From an uncultured Candidatus Saccharibacteria bacterium (GTDB lineage Bacteria; Patescibacteriota; Saccharimonadia; Saccharimonadales; JALRHH01), in assembly GCA_964474995.1 (NCBI GenBank), contig CAYYUY010000004.1:23857-87856 (forward strand): a stretch of 64,000 nucleotides of DNA, written 5' to 3'. The translations under genes were made by a program, and so were the position numbers. Positions 46,414-54,487 of this stretch are shown piece after piece. Positions within the stretch are counted from its first letter, which is position 1. Each line of letters begins with the position of its first letter. The notes under the pieces were generated by a model. It had not been told where the DNA came from and searched no databases. It saw only the letters and a list, made by a program, of their open reading frames with translations.

Positions 46414-46446
46414 AAAAAACCTCGGATAACTCCGAGGTTTTTTATT
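46414..46446. terminator. Bidirectional terminator (convergent small gene / rpmA)
   Basis: AAAAAACCTCGGA-taac-TCCGAGGTTTTTT. Confidence 0.8.
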
Positions 46447-46460
46447 TGGTACTGCTGTGA

Positions 46461-46733
46461 TTAAACGACAGTAACTTCTGTGCGCTGCACAGTTTTGCCA
46501 GTAAAGAGGCGAACGCGACGAGTAATGTAGGTAACGATACCGTCTTTTGCTGCGTGAATCGTGTAGTTACGGCTGACGTAAGTACCAGCACCACCACGCT
46601 TGTTGAGGCCTGTTTGGCGAATGATTATCTGACCAGCATTGATTTTTTGACCACCCCAAACCTTGACGCCGAGGCGCTGTCCGGGACTATCGTGGTTGTT
46701 TTTACTGGTTCCACCAGCTTTTACGTGTGCCAT
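46461..46733 (-). CDS. rpmA: 50S ribosomal protein L27
   Basis: MAHVKAGGTSKNNHDSPGQRLGVKVWGGQ. There is no Firmicute-type N-terminal propeptide. Confidence 0.95.
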   Translation of the reverse strand: MAHVKAGGTSKNNHDSPGQRLGVKVWGGQKINAGQIIIRQTGLNKRGGAGTYVSRNYTIHAAKDGIVTYITRRVRLFTGKTVQRTEVTVV

Positions 46734-46734
46734 A

Positions 46735-47922
46735 CTATTTCCTTATCAGTGTTACTAATTCACGGGCGACCACTTGGTTTTCGCGGTGGTATATAAGATC
46801 CCGAGCGTCCACGTGGACGAAACTTGTTCGAGTATACCCTAATTCCTCGAGAGAATCAAGGGTTCTCAGGTGTGCGAAACCGTTTTTTGTCTTCCAGGCA
46901 GGGATGGCAATCGTCATACGGAAGCCCGGATCGGTCTGCCTAGCGACATTTCGGAGGAATTTACGGTGAATAGTGTCGACGTCTTGCATGACTTCGGCCA
47001 AGATTTCTGGCTTTGGTTCGTGGCCAAATGGACGGCCAAGATAGGTCTCGCAGGCGATTGTATCGACAGGGGCTTTCCATTGGTACGAAGTGGCATCACC
47101 GACGGCTAATTCGAAGTCGAGTGGACCCATGTTGGCCTTTTCGGTTAACCAATCGAGGTTGATCTGGCTGTAATCGATCATACGAGGTTCGAGATCAGTT
47201 CCGTAGGCTTTGTAACCCATAAGGAGGGATTCTTGGAGCAGCACACCGGTACCACAGAATGGGTCGAGGATGCGTTGGCCTTCAGATTGCTTGGCCAGTG
47301 GGCCGGTGGCCATGTTGACAATGATCTGAGCCAATTTTGGTGGCAACATGCCGACACGAGCATCACGCATGGGGCGAGCTTGGTCACGGGCAGCATAGCC
47401 ATCGATGTCTTGGACGGCGATGGTCTGCGCGAGGACGGTCTTCTTGCCCCAACGAATCAGCACGAGTTCGATGCCATTCGGGCCAGTGAGCTGATTGTGG
47501 ATGACCTGGGCGGCGTTGAGTTCGGGAGCTTTGTTGGGCACGACACGGACGCCACGGTTGGCGGATTTGAGAGCCTTTTTCATGCCAAGTGCACCAGCAT
47601 TGATCTTGCTGGCGTTGAGATTGAAACCGTATAGACTGAGGCCGAGATGGATTTTGCCAGCCGGAATGTATTTCATGTGACCGGGCAGGGCACCTTCGAT
47701 GTACTTGGTGATCGCTGGCCACTCGGTACTATTGATATAGGTGAGAAGTTTGCAGGCTTTCATGACGCTGCCGAGGCGTTCAAACGGAAAGTTACTCGAA
47801 TCAACGTCGAGTAGGGCGGCTTGTGGGCCAATGGCTTGGAGGGCTTTGCTGCCGTAGAGGCTTTCGAGTTCGGCCATGCCGAGTGCGGGCTGACGGCCCA
47901 GAATACAAATTATTTGTGACAT
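46735..47922 (-). CDS. Putative RNA (guanine-N2) methyltransferase, Trm11/TrmG10-like
   Basis: RPMRDARVGMLPPKLAQIIVNMA followed by ILDPFCGTGVLLQESLLMGYKAYGTDLEP. This resembles the Trm11/Trm-G10 substrate loop plus SAM motif I. Its stop lies 1 nt from the rpmA start. Confidence 0.45.
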   Translation of the reverse strand: MSQIICILGRQPALGMAELESLYGSKALQAIGPQAALLDVDSSNFPFERLGSVMKACKLLTYINSTEWPAITKYIEGALPGHMKYIPAGKIHLGLSLYGFNLNASKINAGALGMKKALKSANRGVRVVPNKAPELNAAQVIHNQLTGPNGIELVLIRWGKKTVLAQTIAVQDIDGYAARDQARPMRDARVGMLPPKLAQIIVNMATGPLAKQSEGQRILDPFCGTGVLLQESLLMGYKAYGTDLEPRMIDYSQINLDWLTEKANMGPLDFELAVGDATSYQWKAPVDTIACETYLGRPFGHEPKPEILAEVMQDVDTIHRKFLRNVARQTDPGFRMTIAIPAWKTKNGFAHLRTLDSLEELGYTRTSFVHVDARDLIYHRENQVVARELVTLIRK

Positions 47923-48090
47923 ATGATGCCATTATACAAGCTGAACGGAGTAATGAGTAACGTATTTACGTATTACGAGTACGGCGTAATAAGCGGAGCT
48001 ATACCGGTGTTGGGGCTGGATTCATAACGAGTCGGTAGGCGGCAACTCGCTTGGGATGATATTCTATACAGAGTAATTTATTTGGTACTT

Positions 48091-49149
48091 ATGCGACACC
48101 GACTCCGATCCTACTTCAAAAAGAACTGGCGAGCCATTCTGAATGCGCTAATGTTTGCTGCGCTGGCGCTGTTGATATTTCTGATAAAAGATCAGATTCT
48201 CGAGACAATTCGAAACATTAAGCACGTTCATTACTGGGTATTACTATTCATCATTCCATTGCAGCTGGTGAATTACGATTCGTATGCTCGTATGTACCGG
48301 ACAACACTCAGGCAGCTTGGCAGTATCGTGCGGTACCGAGATATGTATCGAGTGGCCCTGGAGCTCAACTTCGTAAATCATGTACTCCCAAGTGGTGGAG
48401 TATCGGGATTTTCATATTTTAGCGTTCGACTGCGTGACTTTAACGTCCGGCCAAGCACGGCAACAATTGTGCAACTGCTTCGATTCTTCCTCGGCTTCTT
48501 GTCGTTCCAAATACTTCTCGGTTTTGGTTTGGTGGCGCTGGCGGTTGGTGGCAAGGCCAGTAATATCGTCATCTTGGTGGCAACATCGCTCACCACGCTG
48601 ACATTTGTCGGTACGTTCTTGGTGGCCTATATCATTGGTGATAATGGGCGCATTAATGGGACCTCTGCTTTCCTAGTACGACAGATAAACTATCTCATTG
48701 GGCTGGTTCGTCGTGGAAATCCCGAGACAATCAATCTCAATAAGCTCAAGAATGGCATGGATGAAGTCCACAAGAATTACCTCGTCATCAAAGATAATTT
48801 GGGTATCCTCAAACGCGGACTGCTGTATGGACTGATCGTTAACATCACTGAAGTACTGACTATTTATGTTGTGTATATCGCTTTTGGTGAATATGTGAAC
48901 ATCGGGGCGGTGATCATCGCCTATGCAATCGCCAACTTTGCCGGACTGGTATCGGTTCTTCCTGGTGGCGTTGGTGTATACGAAGGTTTGATGACTGGTA
49001 CGTTGGCCGCCGCGGGTGTGCCGCCAGCGTTGAGCATCCCTGTGACTGTTATGTACCGTGTACTGTCTGTGTCTGTACAAATACTTCCTGGCTGGATTTT
49101 GTATCACTTGCACTTGTCGTCGAGTGACGACAGCAAAAGCCAGGTTTAG
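48091..49149 (+). CDS. Multi-pass membrane protein, possibly LPG-synthase-TM/UPF0104 (flippase-like) family
   Basis: About 8 TM segments. The basic N-terminus RLRSYFKKNW and overall layout are reminiscent of UPF0104. The ATG at 48091 is preferred to the TTG at 48082. Confidence 0.4.
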   Translation: MRHRLRSYFKKNWRAILNALMFAALALLIFLIKDQILETIRNIKHVHYWVLLFIIPLQLVNYDSYARMYRTTLRQLGSIVRYRDMYRVALELNFVNHVLPSGGVSGFSYFSVRLRDFNVRPSTATIVQLLRFFLGFLSFQILLGFGLVALAVGGKASNIVILVATSLTTLTFVGTFLVAYIIGDNGRINGTSAFLVRQINYLIGLVRRGNPETINLNKLKNGMDEVHKNYLVIKDNLGILKRGLLYGLIVNITEVLTIYVVYIAFGEYVNIGAVIIAYAIANFAGLVSVLPGGVGVYEGLMTGTLAAAGVPPALSIPVTVMYRVLSVSVQILPGWILYHLHLSSSDDSKSQV

Positions 49150-49150
49150 T

Positions 49151-50275
49151 ATGGAATCGAACGAACTTATTCTGAGCGTCAGCGATTTTGTTGGCTTTTT
49201 GAACCAGACTCTCGAGTATGCCTATCCGACGGTGACCATTGTCGGCGAGGTCGCAAACTTTCGTGTTAGCAAAAATAGGTGGGTGTATTTTGACCTCAAA
49301 GATGAGTTCTCGAGCGTCAAATTCTTTGGTACGGTCTATCAGATGTCTGGACCGCTCGAAGATGGGCTGATGCTCAAAGTTACCGGTATGCCACGACTCC
49401 ACCAACTGTATGGATTTAGCGTCAATGTGACGTCGGTACAGCCGGTTGGAGAAGGTTCGCTCAAACGTGCGTCTGATCTGCTCGCGGCAAAGCTGGTCAA
49501 GGAAGGGTTGTTTGATGAATCACGCAAACGACTATTGCCATACCCGCCAAAACGTATTGGACTGATCACCTCCGGAGAATCGGCTGCATACGCTGATTTT
49601 GTAAAAATACTAAATGCTAGGTGGGGTGGTGTCGAAATCTTGTTGGCAGATGTGCAAGTGCAGGGTGTGGCGTCGCCAGCGCAGGTTGTTGCAGCCATCG
49701 AACACTTCAACACTCATGCTGAGCCAGTCGATGTGTTGGTCGTGACGCGTGGTGGTGGTAGCCCCGATGATCTGGCGGCATTTAGTAGCGAACAGGTGAC
49801 TCGAGCAGTTGCTGGTAGCCGAATCCCAACATTGGTTGCAATCGGTCACGAGATTGATAGCAGTTTGGCTGAACTGGCGGCTGACCGTCGTGCCAGTACG
49901 CCGTCAAATGCGGCTGAAATGCTGGTACCAGACAAGGCATATGAGCTCAAGAAGGTGATTGATGCCAGGGGTTCGTTGCTAGATCTCGTGCAAGACAGGC
50001 TCCGAGATAGTAAGCGGCGTGTCCAGGAGCAGCAAGTACTACTTGGTGAGCTTGCGAGCTCCGTCGTTGTGAAAGCCAAAGAACGCTTGGCTTCGCGGAT
50101 ACAATTACTTGAGGTGCTCAATCCGGCAGCAGCACTCAAACGAGGCTATGCGGTGATTCGCTCCGAACAGGGAATCGTACGGTCTGGCACCAACGTATTG
50201 GTTGGGCAGCAGCTCGATATTGTCATCGCCGACGCCACAATTGAGACAACTGTTGAGAAGGTTACGTTACAATAG
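49151..50275 (+). CDS. xseA: Exodeoxyribonuclease VII large subunit
   Basis: N-terminal OB fold: LSVSDFVGFLNQTLEYAYPTVTIVGEVANFRVSKNRWVYFDLKDE. Also RGGGSPDDLAAF. The ATG at 49151 lies 1 nt after the upstream stop. Confidence 0.9.
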   Translation: MESNELILSVSDFVGFLNQTLEYAYPTVTIVGEVANFRVSKNRWVYFDLKDEFSSVKFFGTVYQMSGPLEDGLMLKVTGMPRLHQLYGFSVNVTSVQPVGEGSLKRASDLLAAKLVKEGLFDESRKRLLPYPPKRIGLITSGESAAYADFVKILNARWGGVEILLADVQVQGVASPAQVVAAIEHFNTHAEPVDVLVVTRGGGSPDDLAAFSSEQVTRAVAGSRIPTLVAIGHEIDSSLAELAADRRASTPSNAAEMLVPDKAYELKKVIDARGSLLDLVQDRLRDSKRRVQEQQVLLGELASSVVVKAKERLASRIQLLEVLNPAAALKRGYAVIRSEQGIVRSGTNVLVGQQLDIVIADATIETTVEKVTLQ

Positions 50276-50280
50276 AAGCT

Positions 50281-50481
50281 ATGACTAAAGAAATTGATGC
50301 CGCAGCCCTCAGCCAAGAACTTGATGAAATCTTGGCAAAACTACAATCTGACGATATCAATGTCGATGAGGCCCTCAATCTCTATAAGCGAGGTGTTACA
50401 GTAACCGAACAGCTCGAAACATATCTGAAGACTGCGGAAAACAAAATTACCAAACTCAAAATCAACCTCGAAACAAAGTAG
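50281..50481 (+). CDS. xseB: Exodeoxyribonuclease VII small subunit
   Basis: 66 aa. LDEILAKLQSDDINVDEALNLYKRG. Confidence 0.85.
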   Translation: MTKEIDAAALSQELDEILAKLQSDDINVDEALNLYKRGVTVTEQLETYLKTAENKITKLKINLETK

Positions 50482-50490
50482 GCCAGGGCA

Positions 50491-50997
50491 ATGCACAGTT
50501 TCTTATTGATTATTGCGTGCCTTGGATTTGTACTGTTTTTGCTTTTTGCATTTGTGGTGGCGTTTGGTGCGCCGTATTTGCCGACGTTGAAGCCGCAAGT
50601 TGAGGAGGCACTGAAACTTGTTGATCTCAAGAAAGGTCAGACATTACTGGAGCTTGGTAGTGGTGATGGGCGAGTACTTTTTGCAGCGGCAGACAAGGGT
50701 TTAGTGGCAATTGGCTACGAACTCAATCCGTTACTGGTGCTCTATTCACGTATTCGTGCCCGGAAGTATAAAGGCCAGGTAAAGATCTATTGGCGTAACT
50801 TCTGGGCTGTTACATTGCCGCCTGCGGACGGTATTTTCGTGTTTTTATTAGATAATTATATGATCAAGTTGGATACAATGATTGTTCAACAAACTAGTAA
50901 GCCTGTCAAACTCGTGAGTTTTGCATTCAAAATACCCGAAAAAGAACCTGTTACTGAATCAAAGGGTCTCTATCTCTACCGTTACGCAGGTAAGTAG
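50491..50997 (+). CDS. Class I SAM-dependent methyltransferase with N-terminal TM
   Basis: LLELGSGDGRV (motif I) and GYELNP. Confidence 0.6.
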   Translation: MHSFLLIIACLGFVLFLLFAFVVAFGAPYLPTLKPQVEEALKLVDLKKGQTLLELGSGDGRVLFAAADKGLVAIGYELNPLLVLYSRIRARKYKGQVKIYWRNFWAVTLPPADGIFVFLLDNYMIKLDTMIVQQTSKPVKLVSFAFKIPEKEPVTESKGLYLYRYAGK

Positions 50998-51037
50998 CTT
51001 GCTCTCGTAGTAAAAACCGGTTACCATAAGCGTAATT

Positions 51038-51811
51038 ATGCAACCAAATGCACCGGTCCAACAACCACAAAATATGTACCAGCCTGCCGGGCCAGGTATG
51101 TATCCAAGTCCAACACAAGGTCCATTAGCGCCGCCGCCGAATGGCCAGATGCCAAGCTTCAAGCACCATCGTCCTATTGTTCTGATTGTATCCCTTGTGA
51201 TGATGACCCTTTTGTTCATTGGAGCGCTCATTTTTGGCGTTATGACATTCGGGCAGGGTCAAGATTACAAGAATAACAGCGACAAAAAAGTTGCCGCCGC
51301 CGTAGCGGTTGCAAAAACCGCTGAAGCCGAAACACAGAAGAAGGTATACGACGAAAAAGAGAAGAGCCCATTCAAGATGTACGCTGGTCCAGCGAATTAT
51401 GGCACGCTTAATATTTCGTACCCAAAAACGTGGAGTGCTTACGTCGTTGAGTCTACCAATGGGGGCGGTACGCCAATAGATGGGTATGTACACCCCGGAT
51501 TTGTACCAGGCATACAGACGGGTGCCCCTTATGCGCTTCGTTTCCAGGTCACATCAAACTCGTATGCAACCGAACTCAAGAAATATGATTCACAAGTTAA
51601 GTCAGGCAAGGTGAAAGTTTCGCCGTTTAAGCTTGCTAAGTTGCCAAGTGTGACTGGGGCCCGTGTTGATGGTGAAATCATTGCCGGCAAGCAAGGCTCA
51701 CTTGTTTTGCTGCCACTCCGTGACAAGACGATCTTGATTTCGACACAATCACCAGAATTTGTGAATGATTTCAATAACATTATCTTGCCAAACTTTACGT
51801 TCCAACCATAA
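51038..51811 (+). CDS. Membrane-anchored protein with Pro/Gln-rich N-terminus, unknown function
   Basis: 257 aa with one TM. No motif recognised. Confidence 0.45.
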   Translation: MQPNAPVQQPQNMYQPAGPGMYPSPTQGPLAPPPNGQMPSFKHHRPIVLIVSLVMMTLLFIGALIFGVMTFGQGQDYKNNSDKKVAAAVAVAKTAEAETQKKVYDEKEKSPFKMYAGPANYGTLNISYPKTWSAYVVESTNGGGTPIDGYVHPGFVPGIQTGAPYALRFQVTSNSYATELKKYDSQVKSGKVKVSPFKLAKLPSVTGARVDGEIIAGKQGSLVLLPLRDKTILISTQSPEFVNDFNNIILPNFTFQP

Positions 51812-52035
51812 GGCAGGCTATCACACTAGCCCTCGCAACCTGCCGTCTTCTTGGCCACTTCGGGCTTGATTCTTTACGATACGCAGTCATCGTACCTCGG
51901 TACAATTGCTTTACGTTTCGCGTAATCGCACCCAAATTGGCTCAAGTGCAACGACCTGCAACCAAATGAACATAAGCATAATAATATTGTTGTTTAGGTG
52001 AGTATGTTGCCAAGCTAGTTTTGCGTCCCAGTGGG

Positions 52036-52044
52036 TGCTATACT
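52036..52044 (+). promoter_or_regulatory. Extended -10 (TGcTATACT) upstream of the kinase-like gene
   Basis: Read directly. A GAGGGG SD at 52061-52066 precedes the TTG at 52072. Confidence 0.45.
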
Positions 52045-52071
52045 GGCTATAACGACTAACGAGGGGTTACT

Positions 52072-52782
52072 TTGGGCGGTATAGAAGCGTTTAATGGTGC
52101 AGCACAAGATCGACTGCTGCGGGCTTTGGCTGAACAACTAAAGGTTCCACTTATTCAAATTGCCCGCGCAGCGGAGCTTGGTAAATTAACAGATACCAAA
52201 AACGCACTTGGGCATATTGAGTACACAGCAGACATGGGCTTAAGACTCATTGACAGCTACTTGCTTAGTGTCCAACTGCAGGCCCAACCAGTACTTGAGC
52301 TTGAGCCGGTATCGGTTAGTGCGGTACTACAAGACACGGTTCACCGACTCAACCAACTTGCCAAGCAATACGACTGCGAACTAGAAGTGCATTTGAGTGG
52401 TAAATACGAACCAGTCATGGCAAACCGTGAAAGCCTGGAGGCTGCGTTCGCTACGCTCGGATACGCGTTTATTGAATCCGTACCTCCGGCTGATAGCCGG
52501 CATCGAATCGTACTTGCAGCACACCGCAGCGCCAAGGGTGTCGTTGCTGGCGTGTTTAGTGAAGAGCCAACCATGACAGCCGATATGTTTGGACGTGCCC
52601 GCGCGCTCTATGGCACGGCACGACAAGCAGCTCCAGGGCTGAGCAGTGGTAGTGGGGCAGGGCTCTTTGTTGCTGACACGCTACTAACCTCAATGTCATC
52701 ACCACTCCGGATGGCTCGACATCAAAAACTATCAGGTATTGCCGCGACATTCCTGCCGAGCCAACAATTACAGCTGGTGTAG
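52072..52782 (+). CDS. Soluble histidine-kinase-like protein with degenerate phospho-site and ATP-lid motifs
   Basis: The DHp-like H-box reads LLRALAEQLKVPLIQI versus consensus FLANVSHELRTPLTAI, with Glu (GAA 52132-52134) at the His position. The C-terminal GSGAGLFVADTLL resembles a G2 box. The N and G1 boxes are not recognisable. No TM. Confidence 0.5.
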   Translation: MGGIEAFNGAAQDRLLRALAEQLKVPLIQIARAAELGKLTDTKNALGHIEYTADMGLRLIDSYLLSVQLQAQPVLELEPVSVSAVLQDTVHRLNQLAKQYDCELEVHLSGKYEPVMANRESLEAAFATLGYAFIESVPPADSRHRIVLAAHRSAKGVVAGVFSEEPTMTADMFGRARALYGTARQAAPGLSSGSGAGLFVADTLLTSMSSPLRMARHQKLSGIAATFLPSQQLQLV

Positions 52783-52786
52783 CGAG

Positions 52787-53173
52787 ATGGCACACATACT
52801 TATCATCGAACCAGACAAGCAACTTGGTCGAACGTATCAAAAAATGCTTGAACTTGAAGGTCATCACGTGCAGTGGGCGGCACACGCGCAGGACGCTGTA
52901 CACTACGCAGATGATCAACGTCCAGATGTTGTAGTGCTTGAGTTACAGTTGTCACAACATAACGGTGTGGAGTTTTTGTATGAGTTTCGTTCGTATCCAG
53001 AATGGCAAAATGTGCCTGTCGTACTCCTGACATTGGTGCCGCCGGCTGCACTTAGTATTACATCAGCGATTATGGAGCGACTTGGCATCGTGCGTTGTCT
53101 CTACAAGCCAGCGACATCGCTCGTACAGCTTCGGCGAGCGGTTAATTCGGCTTTGCAGTCGCCAGTTGCATGA
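52787..53173 (+). CDS. Stand-alone receiver domain with Glu replacing the phospho-acceptor Asp
   Basis: It aligns with the canonical receiver at 43140. IIEPD replaces VEDDD. PDVVVLELQL replaces PDLIVLDVMM (GAG at 52940-52942). LLT and YKP are retained. Confidence 0.6.
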   Translation: MAHILIIEPDKQLGRTYQKMLELEGHHVQWAAHAQDAVHYADDQRPDVVVLELQLSQHNGVEFLYEFRSYPEWQNVPVVLLTLVPPAALSITSAIMERLGIVRCLYKPATSLVQLRRAVNSALQSPVA

Positions 53174-53862
53174 ACCAGATCGTAACAACAGGTATCGTAT
53201 TGTCTCGGACGTCTTTTCAGGAAGCCGACCGAATTTTGACCATTTTGACACCTGATTATGGCAAGGTTCGCGTCATTGCCAAGGGCGTGCGCCGCGCCAA
53301 GTCAAAACTGGCTGGCGGTATCGAACTATTCAGTGTTAGCGACCTAACATTGCTGCCAGGCAAAAGCGAGCTGCAAACACTCATCTCAAGTCGTTTAATT
53401 ACCTATTACAGTGACATCGTCAAAGATATTCAGCGAACGATGCTAGGCTATGAATTTTTGAAGCGTCTCAGTAAGAGCATAGAAGACGCATCGGGTGGGG
53501 AGTACTTTGAACTACTACAGAACGCACTCGCCGGCCTGAATACCCTTGACCTACCAATCGAAATCGTTGAGACGTGGTTCAATATCCAACTACTTCAGCT
53601 CACGGGGCATACTCCAAATCTGCGAACTGACAGTAACGGCGAGGCATTACAGTCGGGTGTTTCATACATATTTAGTTTTGATGAAATGACATTTTCACCA
53701 GATCACAAAGGTGAATCCAGTACCGATTTGATCAAATATCTTCGTATGGCCTGCGTGTCGGCGAGCCCGGGTGTGCTTGGCCAAGTGCAGGCATCTGAGC
53801 CACTCCGTGCCACCGCACTTCAGATGACCAAGTCTATGCTAGGCTACACACTCAGAATCTAG
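53170..53862 (+). CDS. recO: DNA repair protein RecO
   Basis: GIVLSRTSFQEADRILTILTPDYGKVRVIAKGVRRAKSKL. ATGA overlap with the receiver gene. Confidence 0.85.
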   Translation: MNQIVTTGIVLSRTSFQEADRILTILTPDYGKVRVIAKGVRRAKSKLAGGIELFSVSDLTLLPGKSELQTLISSRLITYYSDIVKDIQRTMLGYEFLKRLSKSIEDASGGEYFELLQNALAGLNTLDLPIEIVETWFNIQLLQLTGHTPNLRTDSNGEALQSGVSYIFSFDEMTFSPDHKGESSTDLIKYLRMACVSASPGVLGQVQASEPLRATALQMTKSMLGYTLRI

Positions 53863-53914
53863 CAGGGCATCTGTATTTACTTTTGGTCATTAATCTTGTT
53901 TAATATACGTCAAG

Positions 53915-54451
53915 ATGAGTAGAATAATTGCAGCGAATATTGCGCTTGGAGTATCGGTATACTTTGGTGCCCAGACAGCGATGAATACGTATGATGTCTT
54001 ACACGAAGGCGATCGTACTATCGAGCATAATTCACAGGTTGATGCCTGTGCAGCAAAGTTGGGTGAAATAGCCACGACCGCAAAAGACTTGCCAAAGCAA
54101 TGTTATGAGCTTTTTGATGCTTTTGAATTTCAGCAAGATGCCAAAAATGATTTTGGGGGTAAGTACGTCATTCCTGCTGCCGAAGATTTCAAGCAGGAAA
54201 ATACATGGGGTGAAGCTGAGTCAAGTGCCGACGCTGCTCAGCTCAAAAACAATATTTTGATTGCTGGTGGTTTGATGGTTGCTACATTCATGCTTGGTTC
54301 GGCGCTTCGCCGAAGGCCACGAGCTCCGCGCGCAAGAGATACATACAGCGCCGCTCAGCTCAGACACGAAATTAAGTATTTTCAGAAATCATCACTTGAT
54401 GAACTCAATGTTGCGTACGCGGGCCTGATCAAACAAGAGTCTCAAGAGTAG
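53915..54451 (+). CDS. Hypothetical two-TM membrane protein
   Basis: 178 aa. No motif recognised. Confidence 0.4.
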   Translation: MSRIIAANIALGVSVYFGAQTAMNTYDVLHEGDRTIEHNSQVDACAAKLGEIATTAKDLPKQCYELFDAFEFQQDAKNDFGGKYVIPAAEDFKQENTWGEAESSADAAQLKNNILIAGGLMVATFMLGSALRRRPRAPRARDTYSAAQLRHEIKYFQKSSLDELNVAYAGLIKQESQE

Positions 54452-54487
54452 TCTTTTACCCCTGTCTAAGTTATAATTCCAAGCAAT

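Noticed and set aside
47957-47990. Cluster of TTACG/ACGTA short repeats and a 5-bp-arm palindrome (ACGTAttTACGT) in the divergent spacer
   Set aside because: The arms are too short to distinguish from chance in an AT-rich spacer. It could be an operator, but nothing further supports that.
48012-48023. GGGGCTGGATTC, superficially like a tmRNA 5' end
   Set aside because: The intergenic space is only 159 nt. There is no tRNA-like 3' half, tag ORF or T-arm, and the following sequence is a membrane-protein gene.
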